Shown piece by piece: positions 1-9,324 of a stretch of DNA of 64,000 nt. The position numbers and the translations under genes were made by a program. The notes beneath the pieces are model-generated. The model saw nothing but the letters and a program-made list of their open reading frames with translations. It did no database searches and had not been told where the DNA came from. The number at the start of each line of letters is the position of its first letter. Position 1 is the stretch's first letter. This DNA comes from Oscillospiraceae bacterium. GTDB taxonomy: Bacteria; Bacillota; Clostridia; Oscillospirales; CAG-272. The stretch spans positions 14,172 through 78,171 of the forward strand of contig SVSX01000001.1 of assembly GCA_015064085.1 (NCBI GenBank). Reading direction: 5' to 3'.

Positions 1-407
1 AAGAAGGACTCACACGGTACACAATACCAACCCTCATATCGGCTCTTATAGATATCTCCCTGCTCGTAAAAACGTGTGAACATTTTCTTTACGGCAGCTT
101 CATGATAATCGTCGGTAGTGCGGATAAAATGGTCGTACTTGACGTTCATATTATCCCAAAGCTCACGTATCTCACCGGCAACACCGTCAACGTAAGCCTT
201 CGGTGTGATGCCCGCGTCACGAGCAAGATCCTCTATCTTTTGACCGTGCTCATCTGTACCGGTACACATAAATACATCGTATCCCATCTCTCTGCGCCAG
301 CGTGTGAGAGCATCGGTCATAATAGCCTCGTACGTGTTTCCGAAATGAGGCTTCTTTGATGCGTAAGCTATCGCCGTTGTTATATAAAACTTATCCTTGT
401 TCTCCAT
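1..407 (-). CDS. metG: methionine--tRNA ligase, N-terminal part (gene runs off the left edge)
   Basis: My reverse-strand translation from the ATG at 405-407 reads MENKDKFYITTAIAYASKKPHFGNTYEAIMTDALTRWRREMGYDVFMCTGTDEHGQKIE.. This is a typical MetRS N-terminus with a HIGH-type motif region. It is not in the ORF track because it has no stop inside the window. Confidence 0.8.
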   Translation of the reverse strand, partial: MENKDKFYITTAIAYASKKPHFGNTYEAIMTDALTRWRREMGYDVFMCTGTDEHGQKIEDLARDAGITPKAYVDGVAGEIRELWDNMNVKYDHFIRTTDDYHEAAVKKMFTRFYEQGDIYKSRYEGWYCVPCESF

Positions 408-1221
408 TGTTTTCTACCTCTTTTATTTTTTCATAATTTTTCATTTTATTTTCCGCGTATATGAGATACGCGATCATATACACGGGAGCTGTGTACACTA
501 CAAAAAGCATTCCGAGAGTCGCCGCCGAAAGTAAGAATAACGGCACAAACCCAAAGGCGAACGTTAGCCTATCTATATTGCTTCCTTTCATAATACGACA
601 GCTGAGCTTGATCGAGTCGCAAACGCCTGTTCCTCTGCAAAGCAGATACGGTGTGAGAAAGAACGGATTTTGTGCCATCCAAAGTCCCACCGTTGCGAGA
701 AGCATCAGTGAGAAAAACGCAAGCGAAAGGAAGACGTCGAAAAGAATTCGCAACGCTGTTGCCTCGACATCCGCAACGGCATTTTGGTATATCATCACAG
801 CTATCACAAACAGCACCGCGGGAAGCACAAATACAATTAGCTTTACTATGACCGTAAACACTCCGAAAAGCACCCTCAGATAGTGTTTTATCGACGTAAA
901 GGGAGAAAAGATCTCACTTATATGAATCTTCCTCTCCCCGTTAAGGAGTCGGTAGGAAAAACTCAAAAGTCCGCCCGCTATCGGGAAAGACACCGTCGGA
1001 TAATAAGCTATAAGCAACACAATAAGTATTATCTCAAGGGTTTTCGTAAACCCGCTCGACTCACAATAGGTCGAGATCATCTCGAGGGGCATATAGAACA
1101 GCACGATCGGAAGGATACAGAACCATATGCAAAGACAACAGCCTATAGCGAGCTTATAAAGCCCTCCGGACTCAAGCAGTATCTCAGCCGCTCTTTTTCT
1201 TATTTCTTTATTTTTCAGCAA
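391..1221 (-). CDS. polytopic membrane protein, DUF975-like
   Basis: 276-aa ORF with about 6 hydrophobic segments. The N-terminus (KEIRKRAAEILL) resembles DUF975 proteins. TTG start with AGAGGT 8 nt upstream. The 3' end overlaps the metG start by 17 nt. Confidence 0.45.
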   Translation of the reverse strand: MLKNKEIRKRAAEILLESGGLYKLAIGCCLCIWFCILPIVLFYMPLEMISTYCESSGFTKTLEIILIVLLIAYYPTVSFPIAGGLLSFSYRLLNGERKIHISEIFSPFTSIKHYLRVLFGVFTVIVKLIVFVLPAVLFVIAVMIYQNAVADVEATALRILFDVFLSLAFFSLMLLATVGLWMAQNPFFLTPYLLCRGTGVCDSIKLSCRIMKGSNIDRLTFAFGFVPLFLLSAATLGMLFVVYTAPVYMIAYLIYAENKMKNYEKIKEVENNGEQG

Positions 1222-1238
1222 ACAAAATACCTCTTATC

Positions 1239-2375
1239 TCATTGTATCAGATTTCCTCTGAGGATCACCTTATCGATATTTATTTCCTTTTCCTTAGTCA
1301 AAACTATCATATCAGCGGATTTTCCCACGTCGATCGATCCGTATTTGTCATAGACTCCAATCATACGGCAAGGATTTGAGGTTACAGTGGGAATAGCCTG
1401 ACTCAATGGTATATCGCAAAATCTCATCAGATTTTTCATACCGTCGAAAAGGTCAAGGGTACTTCCCGCAAGAGCTCCGCTCTCGGTCCTAGCAATTCCG
1501 TTGCGGACGTATACAAGGTTACCCGCAATAGAATACTCTCCATCCGCAGAGCCCGTTGCCTCCATCGAATCGGAAACGAGAACACATCTCTTTTCGGTAA
1601 GATGTGAAAAGGCAAATTTTATCATTTCGGGTGAGATATGTATGCCATCACATATAAGCTCTGCGTAGCATCCTCCCGTAAGAGCCGCGAGGATAGGTCC
1701 TCCGTCTCTGTGGTGAATGGGCGGCATTGTGTTAAAAAGGTGAGTATAGGCGTTAAGACCTCTTTCTTCAAGGGATCTCGCTTCGGAATATGTCGCATCT
1801 GTGTGTGCCAGAGAAGCGCTTGCACCTATAGAAAGCACCTTTTTGAGAAATTCTCCAGACTTGTCGAGCTCATAAGCCGCAGAAACCCTGAAGGACTTAC
1901 ACATTCGGAAGACCTCATCATCAAGCTCGGACGGCTCAAGAGCCGCCAAAAATTTCTCGGCGTGAGCTCCCTTCTTCTTGGGATTCATATATCTTCCCTC
2001 AAAATGTACACCACAATAAGAGGCTTCATTTTCCCCGGGGATAAATTTATTTATCTTATCGGTAAGAGCGATCATTTTTTCAAGCGCGTCCGACGCAATT
2101 GCAGGCATAACAGAGGTGACGCCTTTTTTTGCGAACGATTCCGCAATAGTTGAAAGTGCCGAAGGGTCGTCGGAAAGAAAGTCAAACCCTGCTCTTCCGT
2201 GAGTATGTACGTCAACAAGACCGGGAATTATCTTTGATCTCTTTACGTCAAGTATTTCATCGTCGGTATCGGAAATTGCTCCCATAGCCTCAACAACTCC
2301 GTTGCGTACGAGAATATTTTTTGAATCAAACCGTCCTGTATCACTATTATAAACAAGTCCGTTTTTTATCAGCAT
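1239..2375 (-). CDS. nagA: N-acetylglucosamine-6-phosphate deacetylase
   Basis: The translation has LIKNG..IIPGLVDVHTHG..GVHFEGRYMN..AHTDATY..HLFN, an amidohydrolase NagA pattern. I prefer the ATG at 2375 because AAGGAGGTG lies 6 nt upstream; the ORF-track start at 2402 is less likely. Confidence 0.85.
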   Translation of the reverse strand: MLIKNGLVYNSDTGRFDSKNILVRNGVVEAMGAISDTDDEILDVKRSKIIPGLVDVHTHGRAGFDFLSDDPSALSTIAESFAKKGVTSVMPAIASDALEKMIALTDKINKFIPGENEASYCGVHFEGRYMNPKKKGAHAEKFLAALEPSELDDEVFRMCKSFRVSAAYELDKSGEFLKKVLSIGASASLAHTDATYSEARSLEERGLNAYTHLFNTMPPIHHRDGGPILAALTGGCYAELICDGIHISPEMIKFAFSHLTEKRCVLVSDSMEATGSADGEYSIAGNLVYVRNGIARTESGALAGSTLDLFDGMKNLMRFCDIPLSQAIPTVTSNPCRMIGVYDKYGSIDVGKSADMIVLTKEKEINIDKVILRGNLIQ

Positions 2376-2474
2376 AAGATGCACCTCCTTATAGCAATAC
2401 ATATTAATTATAACAAACTTTTCGATATTTTACAATAGGCTTTCAAAATATTTATGCTTTTCTCAGGCAAAAAA

Positions 2475-2501
2475 TTTACGCCGCAAAAAATGCGGCGTAA
2501 A
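2475..2501 (-). terminator. rho-independent terminator after rubredoxin
   Basis: Hairpin TTTACGCCGCA-AAAAA-TGCGGCGTAAA. On the minus strand it is followed by a T-run (reverse complement of GGCAAAAAA). Confidence 0.7.
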
Positions 2502-2524
2502 TTATCTTTTATATGGCGAGTCCT

Positions 2525-2707
2525 TTAAAAACCGTATCCATCGTCATCGTCATTCACGGTATCAAAATCTTCCTTTGAAGCTCCACAGAGGGGACATACC
2601 CAATCCTCGGAGATATCTTCAAAGTCAGTTCCTGCAGGGACTCCGTTTTCGGGATCTCCCTTTTTTGATTTATACACATATCCGCAAAGAGCACAAACGT
2701 GTTTCAT
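2525..2707 (-). CDS. rubredoxin
   Basis: 60 aa with two CxxCG knuckles (CALCGY and CPLCGA) and the WVCP motif. Confidence 0.9.
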   Translation of the reverse strand: MKHVCALCGYVYKSKKGDPENGVPAGTDFEDISEDWVCPLCGASKEDFDTVNDDDDGYGF

Positions 2708-2945
2708 AAGACCTCCTAAAGGTTAAATTTGTATTATTATAATAATACCTTGTTAAGTACTTGTCAAGATGATTTTTGCAAAAAAAATCGTTAAAGATTA
2801 GATTTGTACAATATATACGAATTTCCCACCGTGTTTTTCACCATATTTATTTTCGTTTTTATACTTTTTCCTCTCTTTAAGTCTATTCTATATCTCAGAT
2901 TTCCGTCATATATTTTTATAAACATTTTTTGGAGACCGAAAGATA

Positions 2946-4487
2946 ATGAACAGATTTAAAAAATTTATATTCAACGGATTACTTCTCAGTGTCGTATCCC
3001 TGCTTATGAGGTTTGTTGGCGTAAGCTATAACGTATATATTTCAAACCGCGTGGGCGCTGAGGCTATGGGACTTTTCACTCTGATCTCAACAGTTTATGG
3101 GTTTGGTGTCACCCTTGCGACATCGGGAATAAATCTTGCCTCCACAAGACTTGTCTCCGAGGCTATCGGCGAAGAAAGATCGGATAGAATACGTCTTATT
3201 ATCTCAAAAAGCATTCTTTACTCTCTCTTCTTCAGCTTTCTTTCCTCAGCGGCGCTTTATTTTGGTGCGGAGCAAATAAGCGTAATATTCCTCAAGGATA
3301 AACGGTGTATTACTTCATTGAAGATCCTTGCTCTTACGCTTCCTCCGATCGCTCTTTCTTCGGCTCTCGGCGGATACTTTTCTGCGGTACGGAAGGTTTA
3401 TAAAAATGCCGCCACGCAGATAATCGGTCAGGCTGTAAAGATATTCGCCTGCTCCGCTCTTCTCACCCTATTTTTTGCGGGAGACGTTGAAAGCGCGTGT
3501 ATATGCATTGTTCTCGGCGGCGCTTTAGCCGAATTTCTTTCTTTTCTGGCAGAGCTCTTTATGTATCTTCTCGATTCTTCCAAGGGAAACAGAGTTAAGC
3601 TACACGAAAATGAGGGAAAAGAAATATCTAAAAAGCTCAGACGAATTGCTCTCCCCGTTGCCTTCAGCGCCTACCTTCGCTCCGGACTCATCACAATAGA
3701 ACACATACTTATACCCATAGGACTTGAAAAAAGCGGAAGATCGAGAGAACACTCACTCGCCGCCTACGGTACTGTTCACAGTATGGTCTTTCCCGTTGTG
3801 CTCTTCCCCTCCGCTATTCTCTCCTCCTTTGCGGGGCTTCTTGTTCCCGAGATCTCCGAGGCTAAAGCGAGAGGAGACAAGAGAGAGATCGAAAGAATAA
3901 TTTCAAACGTACTTGAGGTAGCTCTCATCTTTGCCATTGGCACGGCGGGAATAATGGTCTTTTTCTCATATGAGCTTGGAAGGGTGATATACCCGCAAAC
4001 AGAGGCGGGTAAATATATAAAAATGGTAGCTCCTCTTATTCCTGTAATGTATCTTGATACTGCTGTCGATGCAATGCTTAAAGGGCTCGGAGAGCAGGTC
4101 TACTCAATGTGGGTAAATATCATAGATTCCTCACTGTCGGTAATTCTCGTTATTTTTCTTCTCCCCGCCTTCGGTATTGAAGGATACATTATGACGGTAT
4201 ATTTCACCGAGCTTATTAACGGTGCGTTGAGTATCACGAGGCTGATAAGTGTCAGCAAGGTAAAGCCATCGATATACAAAAATATCTTAATTCCCCTTCT
4301 TTCTGTTGTTTTCTCGGCGATTGCCGTCAATCTGCTTTCACGGCTGTCTTTACTTGATTTTTTACCTTCGTATTTTTCTCTATCTGCAGATATAATCACA
4401 ACGGTGGCTATATACCTGCTACTCGTTTTCGCTCTTGGTGCGCTGAGAGCCTCCAAGGTAAAAAAAGGCTTGAAACTTATGAGATAA
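2946..4487 (+). CDS. spoVB: MOP/MurJ-superfamily flippase, stage V sporulation protein B-like
   Basis: 513 aa with about 14 TM segments. The N-terminus (LLLSVVSLLMRFVGVSYNVYISNRVGAEAMGLFTL) is typical of SpoVB/polysaccharide-biosynthesis proteins. Confidence 0.6.
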   Translation: MNRFKKFIFNGLLLSVVSLLMRFVGVSYNVYISNRVGAEAMGLFTLISTVYGFGVTLATSGINLASTRLVSEAIGEERSDRIRLIISKSILYSLFFSFLSSAALYFGAEQISVIFLKDKRCITSLKILALTLPPIALSSALGGYFSAVRKVYKNAATQIIGQAVKIFACSALLTLFFAGDVESACICIVLGGALAEFLSFLAELFMYLLDSSKGNRVKLHENEGKEISKKLRRIALPVAFSAYLRSGLITIEHILIPIGLEKSGRSREHSLAAYGTVHSMVFPVVLFPSAILSSFAGLLVPEISEAKARGDKREIERIISNVLEVALIFAIGTAGIMVFFSYELGRVIYPQTEAGKYIKMVAPLIPVMYLDTAVDAMLKGLGEQVYSMWVNIIDSSLSVILVIFLLPAFGIEGYIMTVYFTELINGALSITRLISVSKVKPSIYKNILIPLLSVVFSAIAVNLLSRLSLLDFLPSYFSLSADIITTVAIYLLLVFALGALRASKVKKGLKLMR

Positions 4488-4510
4488 TCTAAATAAAAGC
4501 TCAAAAGCCC

Positions 4511-4539
4511 TTGAAATTCGATGAGATTTGTGTTATAAT
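4511..4539 (+). promoter_or_regulatory. sigma-A type promoter (TTGAAA-17-TGtTATAAT)
   Basis: The -35 TTGAAA is at 4511-4516 and the extended -10 TATAAT at 4534-4539, upstream of the DUF896 gene. Confidence 0.55.
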
Positions 4540-4592
4540 CACTGGTAGAACGAACGGCATTCAACAGCCGTAGGATATTTTACAGGTGACAT

Positions 4593-4799
4593 ATGGAAAA
4601 GGAAAAGATAAACAGAATAAATGAGCTTGCGAGAAAATCAAAGGAAACAGAGCTTTCCGAGGATGAGCGCCGTGAGCAAGCCGAGCTCCGCGCGGAGTAC
4701 ATTGCTGAAATAAGAGCTTCGTTTGGAGCAACCCTTGCAAACACTGTGATACAGCGCCCCGACGGCTCAAAAGAGCCCCTCAAGAAGAAAGACGACTGA
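4593..4799 (+). CDS. UPF0291/DUF896 family small protein (YnzC-like)
   Basis: 68 aa reading MEKEKINRINELARKSKETELSEDERREQAELRAEYI. This is a characteristic DUF896 helical hairpin sequence. Confidence 0.75.
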   Translation: MEKEKINRINELARKSKETELSEDERREQAELRAEYIAEIRASFGATLANTVIQRPDGSKEPLKKKDD

Positions 4800-4816
4800 A
4801 AGACTTGGAGGGCTAA

Positions 4817-5161
4817 ATGAATCCGTCATATTTCATCCCCATATTTCTTCTGCTCTTTATATTGATCTGGTCACAAAACCAGCAAAGCAGAATGTTCGTG
4901 GCAAAAAAATTTATAAAACACAAAACGGAAAAGGATAACGGAAAAATGTTAGAGCTTGCGAAAAGATTTATTGACAAGGAATGTATTATTTATACCTTTA
5001 ACTCAAATCAGATGACAGGTATTATCCGCGAGGTTACCGACGGAGCGCTTATGATCGAAAACAAGGGTACTCTTGAAGCGGTAAATATCGATTTTGTTAT
5101 CAGGATAAGAGAATATCCAAAAAACAAAAACGGCAAGAAGAAGTCGGTAGTTATCGACTGA
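4817..5161 (+). CDS. hypothetical protein with an N-terminal TM anchor
   Basis: 114-aa ORF 17 nt after the DUF896 gene, preceded by GGAGG, with a terminator right after it. I recognise no family. Confidence 0.5.
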   Translation: MNPSYFIPIFLLLFILIWSQNQQSRMFVAKKFIKHKTEKDNGKMLELAKRFIDKECIIYTFNSNQMTGIIREVTDGALMIENKGTLEAVNIDFVIRIREYPKNKNGKKKSVVID

Positions 5162-5168
5162 TATTTAA

Positions 5169-5198
5169 GAGCGGCGAGTCAATTCGACTCGCCGCTCT
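5169..5198 (+). terminator. rho-independent terminator
   Basis: Hairpin GAGCGGCGAGTC-loop-GACTCGCCGCTC followed by TTTGATATTTT. Confidence 0.75.
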
Positions 5199-5220
5199 TT
5201 GATATTTTCTAAATAATCAT

Positions 5221-5254
5221 CGCCGAGAAATGAGCGAATACTCATTTCTCGGCG
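5221..5254 (-). terminator. terminator hairpin downstream of the EF-G paralog
   Basis: CGCCGAGAAATGAG-CGAATA-CTCATTTCTCGGCG, a 14-bp perfect stem located 25 nt after the stop at 5279. Confidence 0.6.
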
Positions 5255-5278
5255 ATATAGTTTTATTTTTTTTAGATT

Positions 5279-7330
5279 TTACGCCTGCTTATATTTCTCG
5301 ATGATCTTAGGAGCGATGTTAGCGGGAACTGTGTCATATCCCGTTACAGTGTACTCAAACGATCCTCTTCCCTGTGTCATAGCGCGAAGAGCTATCGGAT
5401 AGTCAACGATCTCTGCCTTGGGAGCAGTTGCGTGAACTATTGTGTATCCCTTCTTGGGAGCGGCATCCATACCCATAACCGCGCCGCGGCGCTTGTTAAG
5501 GTCACCCATTACGTCACCGACAAGGGACTCGGGAACTGTGATATCCATATCGCCCACGGGCTCAAGGATCACAGGAGCTGCAAGCTCAAGACACTTCTTA
5601 TACGCGATACTTGCCGCGGTCTTGAAGGAGATCTCATCAGAGTCAACGTCGTGGTAAGAACCGTCGTAAAGGTCAGCAGCGAGCTTAACGAGCGGGAAGC
5701 CAGCAACACCCTTAGCCATCGAGTCCTGAAGTCCCTTCTCTACTGCGGGATAGAAGTTCTTCGGAACTGTTCCGCCGACAACAGATACCGTGAAGGTAAG
5801 TCCGTCGTCCTCACCGGGGGCAAATCTGATCTTAACGTGACCGTACTGACCCGATCCGCCGTTCTGCTTCTTATGCTTTCCTTCAACGTCGACCTTCTTT
5901 GTGATCTTCTCTCTGTAAGCCATCTTGGGCTCGTCATACTGAATATTTACGCCGAATCTGCTCTTAAGCTTTGCCTCAAGAACCGCAAGGTGCATATCGC
6001 CCTGTCCGCTAATGAGCATCTGCTTTGTTTCGGAGTTATTTTCAAACTCAAGTGTAAGATCCTCTTCGATCATTCTCATGATACTCTGGGAGATCTTGCC
6101 CTCATCCTTAGCTGTAAGCGGAACCATAGCCTTTACGTAGTAGGAGTTGGGGTACTCGATGGGAGCAAACTTCAGCTCCTTGTTCCAGGTGAGTGTGTCG
6201 TTTGTATTTGTAGACGTAAGCTTAGCTACCATACCGATATCGCCGCAAGCAAGCTCGTCGACCTCGGTCTGCTTCTTACCGTTCATAATATAGATATGAG
6301 CAAGCTTTTCGCTGTCGCCCGTTGTGTTGTTCTTCATAAGGAGATCGCGCTTTACAGTACCGTTCATTACCTTGAAATAGGACATCTTTCCTACGAAGGG
6401 ATCGGCAACCGTCTTGAATACGAAGAGCGAGGGCTCGCCTTCGGGAGTGATCTCTATCTCGTCACCGTTCTCAAGCATCTCAACCTTCTTTGCGGTATGT
6501 CTCGGGAAGGACTCCGCGATCTTATCAAGAAGCGTCCATACGCCCCAGAGCTTTGCAGCCGCGCCGCAGAATACGGGAACGATATCGCCGTGGATAATTC
6601 CCTCGTGAACCGCGTTGATAGCTTCCATATGTGTTATTTCTTCGCCCTCGAAGTACTTCATCATAAGGTCCTCGTCTGTACTTGCGACAGCTTCCATAAG
6701 CATATCTCTGTACTTTTCAACCGCCTCCATAGACTCCTCGGGAATGATCTCTACGCTGTGACGTCCGTTAGCGTCGAAAACGTGAGCACTCTGGTCGATA
6801 AGGTCGATACAACCCTTGACCTCGCCGTCCTTGACCATAGGAATGGTGAGAGGACAGATGTGCTTACCGAAGGTTACGTGAAGATCGTCGAGAACTCTCG
6901 CGAAACGAGCCTCGTTATCGTCAAACTTGTTGATGAAGAAGGCGCGGGGCAGTCCTGCCTCGTCAGCATAGTTCCAGGCAAGCTCTGTTCCTATCTCGAT
7001 TCCTGCCTTACCGTCAACAACGATGATAGCGCTGTCGGCAACTCTGAGACCCTGCTTGACCTCACCAACGAAATCAAGGTAACCGGGAGTATCGATAATG
7101 TTGATCTTTGTATCCTTCCAGGTCGTATTCAGAAGCGAAGCAGAGAGCGAGAAGCCTCTCTTGATCTCTTCGGGATCAAAGTCGGAAACTGTGTTTCCGT
7201 CAGCGATCTTACCAAGTCTGTCAGATCCTCCGCAAATATATATCATTGCCTCAGCGAGAGAGGTCTTTCCGCATCCTCCGTGTCCGAGCAACGCAATATT
7301 TCTTATTTTTTTTGTTTCAATAACCGCCAT
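5279..7330 (-). CDS. elongation factor G family GTPase (stand-alone paralog, not in an rpsL-rpsG-fusA context)
   Basis: Motifs GHGGCGKTSL, DTPGYLDF and NKFD, followed by EF-G domains II-V. The ATG at 7330 has GAAAGGAGGAAGACC upstream. The ORF-track start at 7357 is probably too long. Confidence 0.85.
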   Translation of the reverse strand: MAVIETKKIRNIALLGHGGCGKTSLAEAMIYICGGSDRLGKIADGNTVSDFDPEEIKRGFSLSASLLNTTWKDTKINIIDTPGYLDFVGEVKQGLRVADSAIIVVDGKAGIEIGTELAWNYADEAGLPRAFFINKFDDNEARFARVLDDLHVTFGKHICPLTIPMVKDGEVKGCIDLIDQSAHVFDANGRHSVEIIPEESMEAVEKYRDMLMEAVASTDEDLMMKYFEGEEITHMEAINAVHEGIIHGDIVPVFCGAAAKLWGVWTLLDKIAESFPRHTAKKVEMLENGDEIEITPEGEPSLFVFKTVADPFVGKMSYFKVMNGTVKRDLLMKNNTTGDSEKLAHIYIMNGKKQTEVDELACGDIGMVAKLTSTNTNDTLTWNKELKFAPIEYPNSYYVKAMVPLTAKDEGKISQSIMRMIEEDLTLEFENNSETKQMLISGQGDMHLAVLEAKLKSRFGVNIQYDEPKMAYREKITKKVDVEGKHKKQNGGSGQYGHVKIRFAPGEDDGLTFTVSVVGGTVPKNFYPAVEKGLQDSMAKGVAGFPLVKLAADLYDGSYHDVDSDEISFKTAASIAYKKCLELAAPVILEPVGDMDITVPESLVGDVMGDLNKRRGAVMGMDAAPKKGYTIVHATAPKAEIVDYPIALRAMTQGRGSFEYTVTGYDTVPANIAPKIIEKYKQA

Positions 7331-7547
7331 GGGTCTTCCTCCTTTCTTTCGCACCATGCGAAAGCAACCAAATTATTTTTACGGTAGCTTAAAGAGCAAA
7401 AAAGCCCTCATAAAACACCATTGTTATAATTATACATTATTCTGTCAAAAATTGCAAGATTTTTTATATATATTTTACTTTTTCACATATAGAAATCCAA
7501 GGCGATTTTTTGTGCATTTTTACAATAAAAAAGCACATTTATTCCAA

Positions 7548-8339
7548 TTAGCTCAATTTTTCCCGCAAAAACTCGACAATTTTCTTTTCTTCTCTTGAAA
7601 TCTTGACCTGAGAGAGTCCAAGCGCGTCGGCGGTCTGTTGCTGAGTCATATCTCGGTAGTAGCGAAGCAAAACAATCTTCTGCCATTGAGAAGGCATCTG
7701 CGAAATTGCCTCGCCGAGAGCTATTTTGTCTCTGAGGCGCTCGAGCTCGGTCTCGCTCTCAACGTCAGGAATGAGCGCTCCCACCTCTACCCCTTCGCCG
7801 TCGGTGGAGAAAGCCTTGTCGGATAGGGATATTATCGGCGAGGAAGCATCAAGGGCGATAGCCGCCTCCTCGGGGCTGACCGAGCATAGCTCTGCCAGCT
7901 CGTCGATATGCGCCTCCCTGCCCTCGGATGACAGTATCCTCGCGCGTTCGTTCATTATCATAGCCCCAAGCCTTTTGTAGTATCTCCCCACCTTTATCGG
8001 CCCTTCGTCTCTGATATATCTCCGTATCTCTCCGAAGATAAGGGGCACGGCATAGGTGGAAAAGCTTGTACCTCTCTCAAGGTCAAAGCTTCTGATCGCC
8101 TTTATCATTCCTATCGTTCCTATCTGCATCAGGTCCTCCATATCAACGCCTCTGTCGCGAAAGCGCATCGCGATACTGCGCACAAGACCTCTGTTGGCAT
8201 CAAGGAGAAGCTCGGTGGCGCGCATCGCGTCGGTCTCGTCACCGCTCTGGGCGCGGCTGAGCAGCTCTCGGTTGAATTCGTACCCCACCCTGCTCTCGGC
8301 AGGCTGTATCATTTCACTCACAGGATCATCTTCCTTCAA
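7548..8339 (-). CDS. sigF: RNA polymerase sporulation sigma factor F
   Basis: Third gene after spoIIAA and spoIIAB. It has sigma-70 regions 2 to 4 (FSTYAVPLIFGEIRRYIRD, QQQTADALGLSQVKISREEKK). Confidence 0.85.
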   Translation of the reverse strand: MKEDDPVSEMIQPAESRVGYEFNRELLSRAQSGDETDAMRATELLLDANRGLVRSIAMRFRDRGVDMEDLMQIGTIGMIKAIRSFDLERGTSFSTYAVPLIFGEIRRYIRDEGPIKVGRYYKRLGAMIMNERARILSSEGREAHIDELAELCSVSPEEAAIALDASSPIISLSDKAFSTDGEGVEVGALIPDVESETELERLRDKIALGEAISQMPSQWQKIVLLRYYRDMTQQQTADALGLSQVKISREEKKIVEFLREKLS

Positions 8340-8772
8340 ATTTTTTTATAAGCGTTACGCTGCTTCCGTGACCTGCCTTGGAGCGGACTCTTACGCTGTC
8401 GCAGAAGCTTTCCATAACGGTAAAGCCCATTCCGCTTCGCTCATTAGCCGCGTCGGTGGTAAAGAGAGGCTGTCTCGCCTGCTTAACGTCCTCGATCCCG
8501 CAGCCGCGATCCCTTATCTCAACCGACACACTTCTGTTGTCAAACAGCTTCACGTTTATGTATACGACACCTATCCTGTCGCGATAGGCGTGGACGATGC
8601 AGTTTGTGACCGCCTCCGAGACCGCGCATTTTATATCGGCGATCTCTGTGGCGCTTGGGTCGAGCTGAGCGCAAAAGGCGGCGACGGCAGACCTTGCCAT
8701 AGATTCGTTTACAGACAGCGAGGGCATTTTCAATTTTATTTCGTTAACAAGCTTTCCCTTATCGTTTTTCAT
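8326..8772 (-). CDS. spoIIAB: anti-sigma F factor (serine kinase)
   Basis: 148 aa with the GHKL N-box EAVTNCIVHAY and G-box DRGCGI. It overlaps its neighbours at both ends. Confidence 0.9.
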   Translation of the reverse strand: MKNDKGKLVNEIKLKMPSLSVNESMARSAVAAFCAQLDPSATEIADIKCAVSEAVTNCIVHAYRDRIGVVYINVKLFDNRSVSVEIRDRGCGIEDVKQARQPLFTTDAANERSGMGFTVMESFCDSVRVRSKAGHGSSVTLIKKFEGR

Positions 8773-9101
8773 TGCTCTTTTTCCTCCATTTTTATTATCC
8801 TTCCGAGCCCCGCAAGCTCGAATATCTTAAGAATCCTTTCATTTGGATTTTTCAAGGTCAGCTCCCCGCCGAGTCTCTGCATAAGAGCGTACCGCCCCAT
8901 AATAAGCCCCAGCCCCGAGCTATCCATAAAATCAATGTACCCCAGATCAAGCACTGTTTTCTTAGGTCTCTCTCTGCATATCAGATCGTCGATCTCGCCT
9001 CTGACGCTTACAGCGTTATGGTGATCTATCTCACCGCGGAGCGCTACGGTAAGAACTCCGCTGTCGATCACCGATTCAAATTTACAGTTTCTGTTTGTCA
9101 T
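8769..9101 (-). CDS. spoIIAA: anti-sigma F factor antagonist (STAS domain)
   Basis: 110 aa with the phospho-serine motif DFMDSSGLGLI. It is the first gene of the spoIIA operon. Confidence 0.9.
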   Translation of the reverse strand: MTNRNCKFESVIDSGVLTVALRGEIDHHNAVSVRGEIDDLICRERPKKTVLDLGYIDFMDSSGLGLIMGRYALMQRLGGELTLKNPNERILKIFELAGLGRIIKMEEKEQ

Positions 9102-9189
9102 TTTAACCTCCTTGCCTTTAAAGCAACTCTATTTTAACACCTCAAGCGTGAGAAATTTGTCATATTGGGGAACGAATAAAAAAATAAAA

Positions 9190-9225
9190 GGGCTGTCGCA
9201 AACGATTTTCTCATTTGCGACAGCC
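9190..9225 (-). terminator. terminator hairpin of the GCTGTCNCAAAT family
   Basis: GGGCTGTCGCAAA..TTTGCGACAGCC. On the minus strand it is followed by CTTTTATTTTTT. It lies downstream of the lipoprotein gene. Confidence 0.7.
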
Positions 9226-9324
9226 ATAATTTACTGTCTTTCAGTCCCCAAGCCTATCGGCGAGGGGAGAAATATTCAGTTAGCTTGGGACTCGGTGCTT
9301 TTATACCGAGGAATTGTATCTTTT

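Noticed and set aside
5432-7387. A 651-aa plus-strand ORF.
   Set aside because: It is antisense to the EF-G paralog, which has every GTPase motif. This is the same codon-bias artefact, with no motifs of its own.
9240-9315. Two small hairpins (TCCCCAAGC...GCTTGGGA and CTCGGT...ACCGAG) just downstream of the lipoprotein gene, considered as a riboswitch or sRNA.
   Set aside because: - I could match no conserved riboswitch core.
- There is no T-run.
- The true terminator appears to be the 9190 hairpin.
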